Below, piece after piece: positions 8,444 to 17,829 of a stretch of DNA of 45,562 nucleotides (its first letter is position 1; each line of letters begins with the position of its first letter). The position numbers were made by a program, and so were the translations under genes. A model generated the notes under the pieces. The model worked only from the letters and a program-made list of their open reading frames with translations. It was not told the origin of the DNA and did not search any database. This DNA comes from Candidatus Dormibacteria bacterium (GTDB taxonomy: Bacteria; Chloroflexota; Dormibacteria; Aeolococcales; Aeolococcaceae), in NCBI GenBank assembly GCA_046262435.1, contig JBHEMT010000036.1, positions 1 to 45,562 on the forward strand, read 5' to 3'.

Positions 8444-9991
8444 TCAGAGCAGTGCGGACTCCTCGCTCAGGCCTTCGAGCGTTCGCTTGACCGCCTGCAG
8501 GAAACGGGTGGCCTGGAGCCCGTCATTGAGACGGTGGTCGAAGGACATCGAGAGGTTCATGATCGGCCGCACCCCGATGGCGTCGCCGGCCAGCACCACC
8601 GGCCGCTTCACCACCGCATCCATCGCCAGGATCGCTGCCTGGGGCTGGTTGATGATCGCCTGGGTGAGCACGGTCCCCAGCGCGCCGGTGTTGTTGAGGG
8701 TGAAGGTGCCCCCCTGGATCTCATCGAGCTTGAGTCGGTTCTCGCGGGCCCGGGAGGCAAGCTCGCTCATCGTGGTCGCCAGGCCGGCGATGTTCAGCCG
8801 GTCGGCGTTGCGCACCACCGGCACGATCAGGTTGTCATCGAGCGCGACGGCGATCCCCAGATGGATGTCGTGCTTCAGCACCACCCCCTCGTCCGACCAG
8901 GTGGCGTTGAGGGTGGGGAACTGCTGCAGTGCCTCGACGACGGCGCGGGCGACGAAGGGAAGGTAGGTCAGGCCCACCCCGTAGCGGCGGCGGAACTCCT
9001 CCTTGCGCGCGGCACGAAGGCGCACCACGGCGCTCATGTCGGTCTCCATCATCATCCATGCGTGCGGCGAGGTCTGCCGGCTGCGCACCATGTGCTCGGC
9101 GATGGAGCGCCGGATCGGCGTCATCGGCACCAGGGTGTCGCCGGTGCCGACGACGGCGGCCGCCCGCTGGGACGCAGGGGCGGCGGGCGGCTGGGAGTCA
9201 GGGGCGGTGGCCGGCGGCGCCGTCGCGGGGCTGGTCGTCTGCGAGGCGACCGCCCCCGCGGCTTGCACCTGCGGAGTGGGCGGCGTGGGGCCCCCGGCGT
9301 CGCGGCCCTGGACGAAAGCAAGCACATCCTTCTTGGTGACCCGGCCGCCGATGCCACTTCCCTCGACTTTCGTCAGGTCCACCCCGTGCTCGCGCACCAG
9401 GGCGCGCACCGCCGGAGTCAGGTGGTAGTCGGCAGGATCACCGCCGCCGGCGGTGGATGCGGATCCATTGGCGCCGTCATGGCGCGCGGCACCGCTTCTG
9501 CCCGGCTCGATGGCGACCTCGCGCCGCGGCGGCGCCGGAGCGGCCTCCTGCTGCTGCAGCGCACCCTGCTGCTGTCCGCGCGGCGGCTGGGCAGCCTCGG
9601 CCGGCTCGGCTGACGGGGCCGCCTCAACCGCCGGCTGAGCAGGCTGCGCCGGGGGGTCTGCCGTTCCCGCCGCTGCCGCGACGTCTGAGGCCGCTGCGGC
9701 AGCCCCCGGCTCGAGCTCGCTCTGAGCCCAGGCGGAGTTGCTCCGTCCCTGGTCGTCGGTCTCGATGGTGCAGATCGCCTCCCCCACCGCCACCACTGTG
9801 CCCTCGGTGGCGATGTGCTCCCCCATCGAACCGTCGGCGGGAGCCGGGATCTCGGCATTCACCTTGTCGGTGATGACCTCGGCGATCGACTCGTACTTGG
9901 ACACCATCTCGCCGGGCTGCTTCAGCCAGCGCGCGATGGTTCCCTCGGTGACGCTCTCACCGAGCTGGGGCATGTTGACGGTCAGGGCCAT
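8444..9991 (-). CDS. bkdB: Branched-chain 2-oxoacid dehydrogenase E2 (dihydrolipoamide acyltransferase)
   Basis: MPQLGESVTEG, lipoyl TDKV, E3-binding TPAVR..GSGIGGRVTKKD, catalytic DHRLNDG; long Ala/Pro linkers. Confidence 0.9.
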   Translation of the reverse strand: MALTVNMPQLGESVTEGTIARWLKQPGEMVSKYESIAEVITDKVNAEIPAPADGSMGEHIATEGTVVAVGEAICTIETDDQGRSNSAWAQSELEPGAAAAASDVAAAAGTADPPAQPAQPAVEAAPSAEPAEAAQPPRGQQQGALQQQEAAPAPPRREVAIEPGRSGAARHDGANGSASTAGGGDPADYHLTPAVRALVREHGVDLTKVEGSGIGGRVTKKDVLAFVQGRDAGGPTPPTPQVQAAGAVASQTTSPATAPPATAPDSQPPAAPASQRAAAVVGTGDTLVPMTPIRRSIAEHMVRSRQTSPHAWMMMETDMSAVVRLRAARKEEFRRRYGVGLTYLPFVARAVVEALQQFPTLNATWSDEGVVLKHDIHLGIAVALDDNLIVPVVRNADRLNIAGLATTMSELASRARENRLKLDEIQGGTFTLNNTGALGTVLTQAIINQPQAAILAMDAVVKRPVVLAGDAIGVRPIMNLSMSFDHRLNDGLQATRFLQAVKRTLEGLSEESALL

Positions 9992-9998
9992 GGGTCTC

Positions 9999-10982
9999 CT
10001 AGTAGGCCGCGAGCTCGCGCAGCCGTGCCTCCACCTTGGCAGCGTCGACCAGGTAGAAGTGTTCCAGAGGTGGCGAGAAGGGCATCGCGGGGATCTCGGG
10101 ACCGCCGATCCGGGCCACGGGGGCGTCGAGCTGCTCGAAGCAGTCCTCGGCGACGATCGCGGCCACCTCGGAGGCGATGCTCACCGCCAGGTTCGCCTCC
10201 TGGGCCACCAGCACCTTGCCGCACTTGCGGGCGCTGGCGACAATCGTGGCGCGGTCGAGGGGGCGCAGCGAGCGCAGGTCAACGACCTCGCACTCAAAGC
10301 CGTCGGCGGCCAGCGCTGCTGCCGCGGTGAGACAGGTGTGGGCCATGATCCCGTAGGTGAAGATGGCGATGTCCTCGCCCTGGCGGATCACGGCCGCCCG
10401 GTTGAGCGGCACGGTGTACTCATCGTCGGGCACCTCACCCTTGATTGACCGATAGGCACGCTTGTGCTCGAAGAAGAGGACAGGATCGGGGTCGCGGACG
10501 GCGCTCACCAGCATCCCCTTGGCGTCGTACGGCGTCGAGGGCACGACAACCTTGAGACCGGGCACCCCGCAGAACATGGCCTCGAGCGACTGGGAGTGGT
10601 ACAGCGCCCCGTGCACCCCGCCGCCAAACGGCGCGCGGACGACCATCGGCACCGAGAAGTCGTTGTTCGACCGGTAGCGGATCTTGGCCGCCTCACTGAC
10701 GATCTGGTCAACCGCGGGGAGGATGAAATCCTGGAACTGAATTTCGGCGATGGGGCGCATGCCGTTGATCGCTGCCCCGATGGCGACGCCGACGATGCAT
10801 GACTCGGCCAGCGGTGAGTCCATCACCCGCTCCTCGCCGAACTCCGCCTGCAGGCCGTCGGTGGCGCCGAACACACCACCCTTGGCGCCCACGTCCTCAC
10901 CCAGGATCATCACCCGCTCGTCGCGTCGCATCTCGTCGCGAATGCCCTCGCGGATGGCGTCGATGTAGGTCTTGGTGGCCAT
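9999..10982 (-). CDS. bkdAB: Branched-chain 2-oxoacid dehydrogenase E1 beta subunit
   Basis: LGEDVG.KGGVF, DSPLAES, AEIQFQDF, GGVHGALYHSQS, FFEHK. Confidence 0.92.
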   Translation of the reverse strand: MATKTYIDAIREGIRDEMRRDERVMILGEDVGAKGGVFGATDGLQAEFGEERVMDSPLAESCIVGVAIGAAINGMRPIAEIQFQDFILPAVDQIVSEAAKIRYRSNNDFSVPMVVRAPFGGGVHGALYHSQSLEAMFCGVPGLKVVVPSTPYDAKGMLVSAVRDPDPVLFFEHKRAYRSIKGEVPDDEYTVPLNRAAVIRQGEDIAIFTYGIMAHTCLTAAAALAADGFECEVVDLRSLRPLDRATIVASARKCGKVLVAQEANLAVSIASEVAAIVAEDCFEQLDAPVARIGGPEIPAMPFSPPLEHFYLVDAAKVEARLRELAAY

Positions 10983-10984
10983 GC

Positions 10985-11989
10985 TCAGCCCTCCTCGGTG
11001 ACGTGCAGCAAGGCGGTCTCGGGCTCGGGGAGGGGCGCGGCCTCGGCCTCCTCGGTGGCCCGGTCGAGCTCACGAACCAGCGCGGCGCGGATCTCCTCGG
11101 CGTCGCCGGGCTTGAGCACCCCGGAGCTCTCCAGAGTGGCACGGAAGCGCAGCACGCAGTCGGTCTTGCGGTCAGCCTCCAGGGCCTCCGCGGTGCGGTA
11201 GCGGCGCTGGTCGTCATCCGACGAATGCGAGGTGAGCCGGACCACCTTGGCCTCGATGAGCGTCGGGCCATCGCCGCGACGGGCTCGCTCCACCGCCTCT
11301 CGCGCTGCCACATACGCGGCGATGGCATCGCCGCCGTCGATCTTCACCCCGGGCATGCCGTAGCCCAGGGCGCGGTCGGCGACATCCTCGGTGGGCATCT
11401 GCTTCTGCCAGGGAACGCTGATCGCGTAGCCGTTGTTCTCCACCAGGCAGATGAAGGGCAACCGGTGGGTGGCTGCGAAGTTCAATGCCTCGTGGAAGTC
11501 GCCCTCGCTGGTCGAGCCCTCACCCAGCGAGGTCAGCGTCACCGCGTCCTCCTTGCGCATCTTGGTGGCCAGCGCGATCCCTGCGGCATGGAGCAGCTGG
11601 GTTGCCACAGGTGAGCCGCCGGTGACGATGTGGTGCCGGGCCGAGCCGTAGTGTGCGGGCATCTGTCGCGCGCCGCTGTTCGGGTCGTCCGCCTTGGCCA
11701 GAACGGAGAGCAGGTGGTCCCTGGGGGTCATCCCGAGGACCATGGTCATCGCCAGGTCACGGTAGTACGGCGCGCACCAGTCGACGCCGGCGCGCAGTGC
11801 CGAGGTCACCCCGACCTGGACCGCCTCGTGGCCCATGCCGCTGATCCAGAACGGCGCCCTTCCCTGCCGGTTGAGCACCCACATGCGCTCGTCGAGTACC
11901 CGCGATCGGACCATGTGCCGGTACATGCCGCGCAAAAGGTCGGCATCCAGCCCGGTCTGCTCCGGCGCGTTCAGCTTCGCAACTGCCAC
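10985..11989 (-). CDS. bkdAA: Branched-chain 2-oxoacid dehydrogenase E1 alpha subunit (TPP-dependent)
   Basis: DERMWVLNRQG, PYYRD, DPNSGARQMPAH, GEGSTSEGDFHEALN..ENNGYAIS, HSSDDD; order lpd-alpha-beta-E2 as in the Bacillus bkd operon. Confidence 0.92.
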   Translation of the reverse strand: MAVAKLNAPEQTGLDADLLRGMYRHMVRSRVLDERMWVLNRQGRAPFWISGMGHEAVQVGVTSALRAGVDWCAPYYRDLAMTMVLGMTPRDHLLSVLAKADDPNSGARQMPAHYGSARHHIVTGGSPVATQLLHAAGIALATKMRKEDAVTLTSLGEGSTSEGDFHEALNFAATHRLPFICLVENNGYAISVPWQKQMPTEDVADRALGYGMPGVKIDGGDAIAAYVAAREAVERARRGDGPTLIEAKVVRLTSHSSDDDQRRYRTAEALEADRKTDCVLRFRATLESSGVLKPGDAEEIRAALVRELDRATEEAEAAPLPEPETALLHVTEEG

Positions 11990-12036
11990 AGGCTCAACTC
12001 CTCCGCCCGCACGTCGCGGGGATGCCGCTGTCGCGG

Positions 12037-13431
12037 TCAGATGTGGATGGCTTCACCGGACAACGCGAGGGCCGCCTCGCCGAGCGCCTCGCTCAGAGTG
12101 GGGTGCGGGGCCACAGCCCGGGCGATCTCGAACGGGGTGGCCTCGAGCAGGCCGCCCAGCGCAGGACCGGCGATCAGCTCGGTCACCTCGTGGCCAATGA
12201 TGTGGACGCCGAGCACGTCATCACTGTCAGCGTCGGCGACCACCTTGCAAAAACCGCCGGTCTCCCCCCAGATGACCGCGCGGGCGTTGCCCCGAAAAGG
12301 CATCACCCCGGTCTTGACCTGGTGGCCGGCCGCCGTCGCCTCCTCCTCGCTGAGTCCGAAGGAGCCGATCTGCGGGGTGCAATAGGTGGTCCGGGTCACC
12401 AACCGCGGGTCGAGCGGAGCCGGTGTGCCGCCGGCAATCGTCTCGGCGGCGATCACCCCCTCATGCATCGCCTTATGGGCCAACCAGAAACCGCCGACCA
12501 TGTCGCCGACGGCGAACACGTTCTCCTCGCCGGTGCGCTGCCCGCCATCGATCACCACGGTGCCGCGCTCCAGCTGAACGCCGGTGCCCTCGAGGCCGAT
12601 GCCCTCAACGTTGGCGCTGCGTCCGACGGCCACCAGCAGCACCTCGGCCTGCAGCCGCTGCTCATTGCCGCCGGCGCTCACGCTGACCGCCACCCCACCC
12701 TCGTTGCGCTCCACCGAACCAGTGTCGAGCCGGGCACCTATCAGACAGCGAATGCCGCGGCGCTCGAACTGGCGAAGCAGCTCGGCACCGATCTCATGGT
12801 CCTCCAGCGGCACCAGGCGGTCTGCCATCTCCACCACGGTCACCTCGGCGCCCATGGAGCGGTAGAAGGAGGCGAACTCCACCCCGACCGCGCCGGCGCC
12901 GAGCACGATCGCCGTGGCCGGTACCCGGTCGAGGCGCAACGCTGCATCGGAGTCCAGGACGTGCCGGCCGTCGGGGTCGAGCCCGGGCACCGAGCGCGGA
13001 CGCGACCCGGTGGCCAGGATCACGTGGCCTGACTCCAGCTCGGTCGCGGTGTCGCCGGACACCTCGACCCGTCCGGGGCCGGCCAGCGTCCCGCTCCCCC
13101 TGATCGTGTCCACCCGGTTCTTCTTGAGCAGGAACTGCACTCCCTTGTGCAGCTGCTCGACCACAGCGTCCCGGTTCCTGGCAACCGCCGCGTAGTCGAA
13201 GCCGACGTTGTCGGCATGGACCCCGAGGCGCTCGGAATGCGCCATGGCATCGAGCAACGCGGCGCTCTGGAGCAGGGCCTTGGTAGGGATGCAGCCGCGG
13301 TGCAGACAGGTGCCACCCACCTTCTCGCGCTCCACAACAGCCGTACGGAGCCCCAGCTGAGCTGCCCGGATGGCGGCGACATACCCGCCCGAACCCCCGC
13401 CGAGCACGGTCACGTCATAGCGGTCCGGCAC
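12037..13431 (-). CDS. lpdA: Dihydrolipoyl dehydrogenase (E3)
   Basis: GGGSGGY, GGTCLHRGCIPTK redox disulfide, GAGAVGVE, LAHKA, HPTLSE; GTG start at 13431 fits homology. Confidence 0.95.
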   Translation of the reverse strand: MPDRYDVTVLGGGSGGYVAAIRAAQLGLRTAVVEREKVGGTCLHRGCIPTKALLQSAALLDAMAHSERLGVHADNVGFDYAAVARNRDAVVEQLHKGVQFLLKKNRVDTIRGSGTLAGPGRVEVSGDTATELESGHVILATGSRPRSVPGLDPDGRHVLDSDAALRLDRVPATAIVLGAGAVGVEFASFYRSMGAEVTVVEMADRLVPLEDHEIGAELLRQFERRGIRCLIGARLDTGSVERNEGGVAVSVSAGGNEQRLQAEVLLVAVGRSANVEGIGLEGTGVQLERGTVVIDGGQRTGEENVFAVGDMVGGFWLAHKAMHEGVIAAETIAGGTPAPLDPRLVTRTTYCTPQIGSFGLSEEEATAAGHQVKTGVMPFRGNARAVIWGETGGFCKVVADADSDDVLGVHIIGHEVTELIAGPALGGLLEATPFEIARAVAPHPTLSEALGEAALALSGEAIHI

Positions 13432-13440
13432 AGCCGACCG

Positions 13441-13446
13441 AGTATA
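13441..13446 (-). promoter_or_regulatory. Putative sigma-70 -10 element (TATACT) for the lpdA-bkd operon
   Basis: TATACT 9 nt before the GTG start, in the divergent intergenic gap. Confidence 0.5.
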
Positions 13447-13521
13447 CCGCCGGCTCTTTTCGCACAATGGCTGGGCAGCCAACCAAGCAGGGTGGGCGCC
13501 GCCTCAGCAGACTCTCGGGCG

Positions 13522-14370
13522 ATGGCGGAACTGACCACCCTGTCGGCGGCGATCGCCGACCTCGTGCATGACGGTGACAGCGTCTGCCTGGAGGGCTTCA
13601 GCCACCTCATTCCCTTCGCGGCGGCGCACGAGCTGATCCGCCAGGGACGGCGCGAGCTCGAGCTGGTCCGGCTCACTCCCGACCTTGTCGTCGACCAGCT
13701 GATCGCCTGCGGAACGGTCCGCCGGCTGGTGTTCTCCTGGGGCGGCAACCCCGGCATCGGCTCGCTCCACCGCTTTCGTGACGCCGTCGAGAACGGCTGG
13801 CCGCGTCCGCTCGAGCTCGAGGAGCACAGCCACGCGGGAATGGTGAACCGCCTGGTGGCGGGCGCGTCTGGCCTGCCCTTCGCGGTGCTGCGCGGCTACG
13901 TGGACAGCGAGCTGCTGCAGCACACCCGCACGCTGGCCCCGATCAGCTGCCCGTTCACCGGTGAGCAGCTGACCGCGGTGGCCGCCCTCAGCCCCGACGT
14001 CGCCGTCATTCACGCGCAGCAGGCCGACCGCGACGGCAACGTCCAGCTCTGGGGACTGACGGGAGTGCAGCGGGAGGCGGTCCTGGCGGCGCGGCGCTCC
14101 ATCGTGACCGTCGAGGAGGTGGTCGACCGGCTTGTTCTCGTCCCCGGAGGGGTGGTGCTGCCCTCATGGGCGCTCGACGCCGTGGTCCACGTGCCCGGTG
14201 GTGCCTGGCCGTCGTACGCCGCGGGGTACTCGGTCCGCGACAACCGCTTCTACCGTGCCTGGGACGACATCAGCAGGGACCGCCGGCGCTGCGCCGACTG
14301 GATGGAGCGGCATGTCCTCGGCGTTGACGACACGGCCGCCCACCATCGGTCCGTGGGTCGCACCCCATGA
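13522..14370 (+). CDS. Family I CoA-transferase subunit A (CatI/GctA-like)
   Basis: EGFSHLIPFAAAHELIRQ, FSWGGNPGIGSLHRFRDAVE, AGASGLPF, IHAQQADRDGN. Confidence 0.9.
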   Translation: MAELTTLSAAIADLVHDGDSVCLEGFSHLIPFAAAHELIRQGRRELELVRLTPDLVVDQLIACGTVRRLVFSWGGNPGIGSLHRFRDAVENGWPRPLELEEHSHAGMVNRLVAGASGLPFAVLRGYVDSELLQHTRTLAPISCPFTGEQLTAVAALSPDVAVIHAQQADRDGNVQLWGLTGVQREAVLAARRSIVTVEEVVDRLVLVPGGVVLPSWALDAVVHVPGGAWPSYAAGYSVRDNRFYRAWDDISRDRRRCADWMERHVLGVDDTAAHHRSVGRTP

Positions 14371-15152
14371 CCGACCCAGGCGCCCGACCCAACCCGTCCA
14401 CCGCCACCGCCGCGGAGAGGATCGCGGTCACCACTGCGCGTCTGCTGCCCGACCGCAGCGTGTGCTTCGTCGGTATCGGTCTGCCTGGGACGGCGGCGCT
14501 GCTGGCCCAGCGCACCACGGCACCGGCGAGCGTGCTGATCTACGAGTCAGGGGCGGTCGGGGCCCGGCCCACCCGCCTCCCGCTGTCAATCGGGGATGGC
14601 GAGCTCGCGGAGACGGCCCAGCTGGTCGTCCCCATGGCCGAGATCTTCAACTACTGGTTGCAGGGCGGCCGCGTCGACATTGGCCTGCTCGGAGCGGCCC
14701 AGGTCGACCGCTTCGGCAACCTCAACACCACGGTGATCGGCGAGTACGGCCGGCCGCGGGTCCGGCTCCCCGGAGCCGGCGGTGCGCCCGAGATCGCCAC
14801 CTCCGCCGCCCGGGTCGTGGTCCTGGTCAGACACAGCACTCGGACCCTGGTGGAGCGGGTCGACTTCCTCACCACCCGGACCGCTCGGCCCGCCCGCGCG
14901 TCGAGCCTCCCCCGCCTCGCAGCCGTCGGCCGGCATCAGCCCACGGTGGTGACCGATCTTGGCGTGCTCCGCTTCGAGCCGCTCGTCGGCGAGCTGGTTC
15001 TCCATGCGGTCCACGAGGGGGTGTCCGTGGCCGACCTTGTCGCCGCAACGGGCTGGCCGCTGCGCTGCGCGGAGCGAGTCGAGGTGACCGAGACGCCGAG
15101 CTCCGCGGAGTTGACCATAGTCCGCGAGCTCACCAACCCGGTTGCCGGCTGA
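14367..15152 (+). CDS. Family I CoA-transferase subunit B (CatJ/GctB-like)
   Basis: FVGIGLP, LIYESG (catalytic Glu), LPLSIGDGEL, GAAQVDRFGNLN, RLPGAGGAPEIA; ATGA overlap with subunit A. Confidence 0.9.
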   Translation: MTDPGARPNPSTATAAERIAVTTARLLPDRSVCFVGIGLPGTAALLAQRTTAPASVLIYESGAVGARPTRLPLSIGDGELAETAQLVVPMAEIFNYWLQGGRVDIGLLGAAQVDRFGNLNTTVIGEYGRPRVRLPGAGGAPEIATSAARVVVLVRHSTRTLVERVDFLTTRTARPARASSLPRLAAVGRHQPTVVTDLGVLRFEPLVGELVLHAVHEGVSVADLVAATGWPLRCAERVEVTETPSSAELTIVRELTNPVAG

Positions 15153-16508
15153 TCAGCCGGCGGCGACGAGAGCCGCCTGCAGTTGGGCGTCGCCGGCCGG
15201 GTCGGGACCGATGGCATCAAGGGTGAAGCGGTGCTCAGCGCTGTCGAGAGCAACCGTCTGGTCGGGCTGGATCCCGGCATTGTCGATGCTCTCCCCCCGG
15301 GGACCGAACCACCTCTCCACGGTCAGGTGCAGATCACCCCCGTCGGGCAGCACGAAATCCTCCTGGACCGACCCCTTGCCAAAGGTTCGCTGCCCCACAA
15401 CGGTGGCCCGACGGTAGTCGTGCAGGCACGCGGCGACGATCTCTGACGCGCTTGCGGTGTCACCGTCAACGATAACGACTACCTTCAGGGCCGTGGCGAC
15501 GCCGCCGCTCTCGATCGTGTCTCGAATCACCGTCTCGGCGCTGTCAGGCGCCCCGCCCGCGGCCAGGCGGCCGCGGCGCACCACCACGTCGTGCCGTCCC
15601 GGGCCCGGACTCACGAACTGGCTTGCCAACCGCTGGGCGGCGGTGACGTAGCCGCCACCGTTGTGGCGCAGGTCGAGCACCACTGCTTGCACGCCCGCAC
15701 CCACGTTCCGCTGCAGGGCGCTGCGGGCGTCGTCGCCGGTGTTCTCGTCGAAGCCGGTCACCTGCATGTAGAGGGTGTTGCCGAATCGCTGGGTATAGAC
15801 CGACGGGATGCTGAGGTCGCCGCGCGCGACGGCGAGCACACGCGCTGACCCGCCTCGCGCCACGCTGAGCCGGACCGTGGTCCCGGCACTGCCGCGAATC
15901 AGCGAGCTCACCCGGCTGAGCCGCTCGTCAGTGGTCTGGCCCAGGGTCCGCACCTGGCGGCCGTCCACGGCCAGCAGTACGTCGCCGGGGAGCACTCCCG
16001 CGCGAGCGGCCGGCTGATCGCGAAGGACGTCCTCGATCACCAGGGTGCTCGGCGTCGTCCCGCCGGCGCATGGTGCGCCGCCATCGCAGCGCGCTTCGAG
16101 GGCAATGCCGATGCTGCCGCTGCGCTGACCGGCGAGGTCGGAGCGCAGCGCGCGGGCCTCCTCAGGCGACAGGTACGCGGAGAAACGGTCACCGAACTTC
16201 GCCTTGAGGGCATCGATCATGCCCTGCTCGGCGCCCGTGGTTCCCAGCGAGCTGTTCACCGAGCGCAGCACGTAACGCTGCTGAATCGTCGACCAGGCGG
16301 CGTTGACGCTGGCGCTGTCGAGGTTGTGCCGGTCCACGCGGGGGAACAGCGCGTGGACCACATTGGCAGCGCCCGTGCCCTCCAGGTTGACGACGGCCAG
16401 GCCGGTGAGGTAGCAGGAGGCAACGACCACCAGGCTGGGCAGCGCGGTGCGAGCTCGCGACCGGAAACGCAACCAGGCGCCCCGTGCAACCGCGGTCCGC
16501 TCACTCAC
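15153..16508 (-). CDS. S41 family carboxyl-terminal protease (CtpA/CtpB-like) with PDZ domain
   Basis: N-terminal TM, GIG-like PDZ loop SIGI, LDLRHNGGG, TASASE (Ser), TFGKGSVQ (Lys), GIQPD. Confidence 0.9.
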   Translation of the reverse strand: MSERTAVARGAWLRFRSRARTALPSLVVVASCYLTGLAVVNLEGTGAANVVHALFPRVDRHNLDSASVNAAWSTIQQRYVLRSVNSSLGTTGAEQGMIDALKAKFGDRFSAYLSPEEARALRSDLAGQRSGSIGIALEARCDGGAPCAGGTTPSTLVIEDVLRDQPAARAGVLPGDVLLAVDGRQVRTLGQTTDERLSRVSSLIRGSAGTTVRLSVARGGSARVLAVARGDLSIPSVYTQRFGNTLYMQVTGFDENTGDDARSALQRNVGAGVQAVVLDLRHNGGGYVTAAQRLASQFVSPGPGRHDVVVRRGRLAAGGAPDSAETVIRDTIESGGVATALKVVVIVDGDTASASEIVAACLHDYRRATVVGQRTFGKGSVQEDFVLPDGGDLHLTVERWFGPRGESIDNAGIQPDQTVALDSAEHRFTLDAIGPDPAGDAQLQAALVAAG

Positions 16509-17779
16509 GGGAGGTAGTTGAACGGATTCTCCACTGTGTCGTTGAGCCGGATCTCGAAGTGCAGATGAGGACCCGTCGAGTTGCCGCTGCTGCCCTCGTA
16601 GCCGATCGTCTCACCGCGACCCACGGCCGCTCCGTTGGCCACGGCAAACGAGGCGAGGTGCCCGTACACCGAGGTCCAGCCACCGGCGTGGACGATGATG
16701 ACGTGGTTGCCATATCCGTAGGATCCCCCGAAGGTGAAGGCGATGCCGGTATCCGCCGCGCCCACCGGCGTGCCCCCTGGGGCGCCGATGTCGATGCCGG
16801 TGTGGAAGTGTCCACTGGCGCAGTAGATACCCTGCGGTGGCGGAGGCTCGAAGGCGAACGCGGTGCAACCGTAGCCCTGGCTGATCGGCCCGGACTCCGG
16901 CCAGCTGAACTGGGCATTGGCATTGATGGGATGGCCACCGCCGTGGTTGCGGGCCGCCGCGGCCGCAGCAGCAGCCGCAGCGGCAGCCCGGCGACGCGCC
17001 TCGGCCTCGGCCCGCGCCCGGGCGGCCTTGAGCTGGACAATCTCCTGGTCGAGCTGGCGTGCGCTCTGCTCCGCCTGGAGCAGCCGCTGCTGGTCGCTCG
17101 CCTCGAGCTGACGGAGCAGAGCCTCGGCGTTCTGTTGGGAGGCCAGCTCGCCGTCGAGCGTGGTCACCTCGTCGCGAAGCGCAGCCAGGGCTTTCGCCTG
17201 CTCCTGCTTCTGCGCGCTGATCCCAGCCACCTGGTCGCGCACGGACTGCTCCTCACCGGTGACCGCGGCGACGGTATCGCTCTCCGCCGAGGACACCTTG
17301 CGTGCTGCGAGGAAGTGGACGAAGAACTCGTTGAAGTCGCCGGAGGAGACCAGGCTGCCGAGCGCGGTCGAGTCCTTGTCGAACTTGAAGGTGAGCACCA
17401 TCGCCTTGCGGAGCACCTCCCGATCGCGGGCCAGCCGGGCGCGGGTCTCGACCAGCCGGTCCTCTGCGGCCGAGAGGGCTGCGGTGATCTGGGCAAGTCG
17501 CGCCTGGGCAGCGTCGACCTGATGACTCGTGGCCACGATCGTGGCGTTGAGCCCGTCGATGATCTTCTGCAGCGCCACCTGCTGGTTCTGCGCCGAGGCG
17601 ATCTGCCCTTGCAGGTCGCTCATGGTCAGGTTCAACTGCGCCCGCTGGTGCTGCTTGTCGGAGATCTGGTCGGCCGCGGACGGCAGCGGCCCGGCGGCGC
17701 CTGCGGCGGCGAGCAGGCAGACCAAGCCGACGCCGGCAAGAGCGGAGGCGCGAGGACGACTGAGAAACCGGATGAGCAT
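16505..17779 (-). CDS. Coiled-coil M23 peptidoglycan endopeptidase (EnvC/PcsB-like FtsEX partner)
   Basis: Signal peptide, long coiled coil, HTGID, YGH, STGPHLHFE; directly downstream of ftsX. Confidence 0.88.
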   Translation of the reverse strand: MLIRFLSRPRASALAGVGLVCLLAAAGAAGPLPSAADQISDKQHQRAQLNLTMSDLQGQIASAQNQQVALQKIIDGLNATIVATSHQVDAAQARLAQITAALSAAEDRLVETRARLARDREVLRKAMVLTFKFDKDSTALGSLVSSGDFNEFFVHFLAARKVSSAESDTVAAVTGEEQSVRDQVAGISAQKQEQAKALAALRDEVTTLDGELASQQNAEALLRQLEASDQQRLLQAEQSARQLDQEIVQLKAARARAEAEARRRAAAAAAAAAAAARNHGGGHPINANAQFSWPESGPISQGYGCTAFAFEPPPPQGIYCASGHFHTGIDIGAPGGTPVGAADTGIAFTFGGSYGYGNHVIIVHAGGWTSVYGHLASFAVANGAAVGRGETIGYEGSSGNSTGPHLHFEIRLNDTVENPFNYLP

Positions 17780-17829
17780 GCGGGGGGACACCTGAGGTTG
17801 CGGGGACGTGGAGAGGACGCGGGGTGAGG

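Noticed and set aside
9160-9740. Low-complexity Ala/Pro/Gln stretches in E2
   Set aside because: Normal flexible linkers of 2-oxoacid dehydrogenase E2 subunits
16940-17030. GCN-rich poly-Ala tract in the M23 protein
   Set aside because: Ordinary linker between coiled coil and catalytic domain, mixed codons
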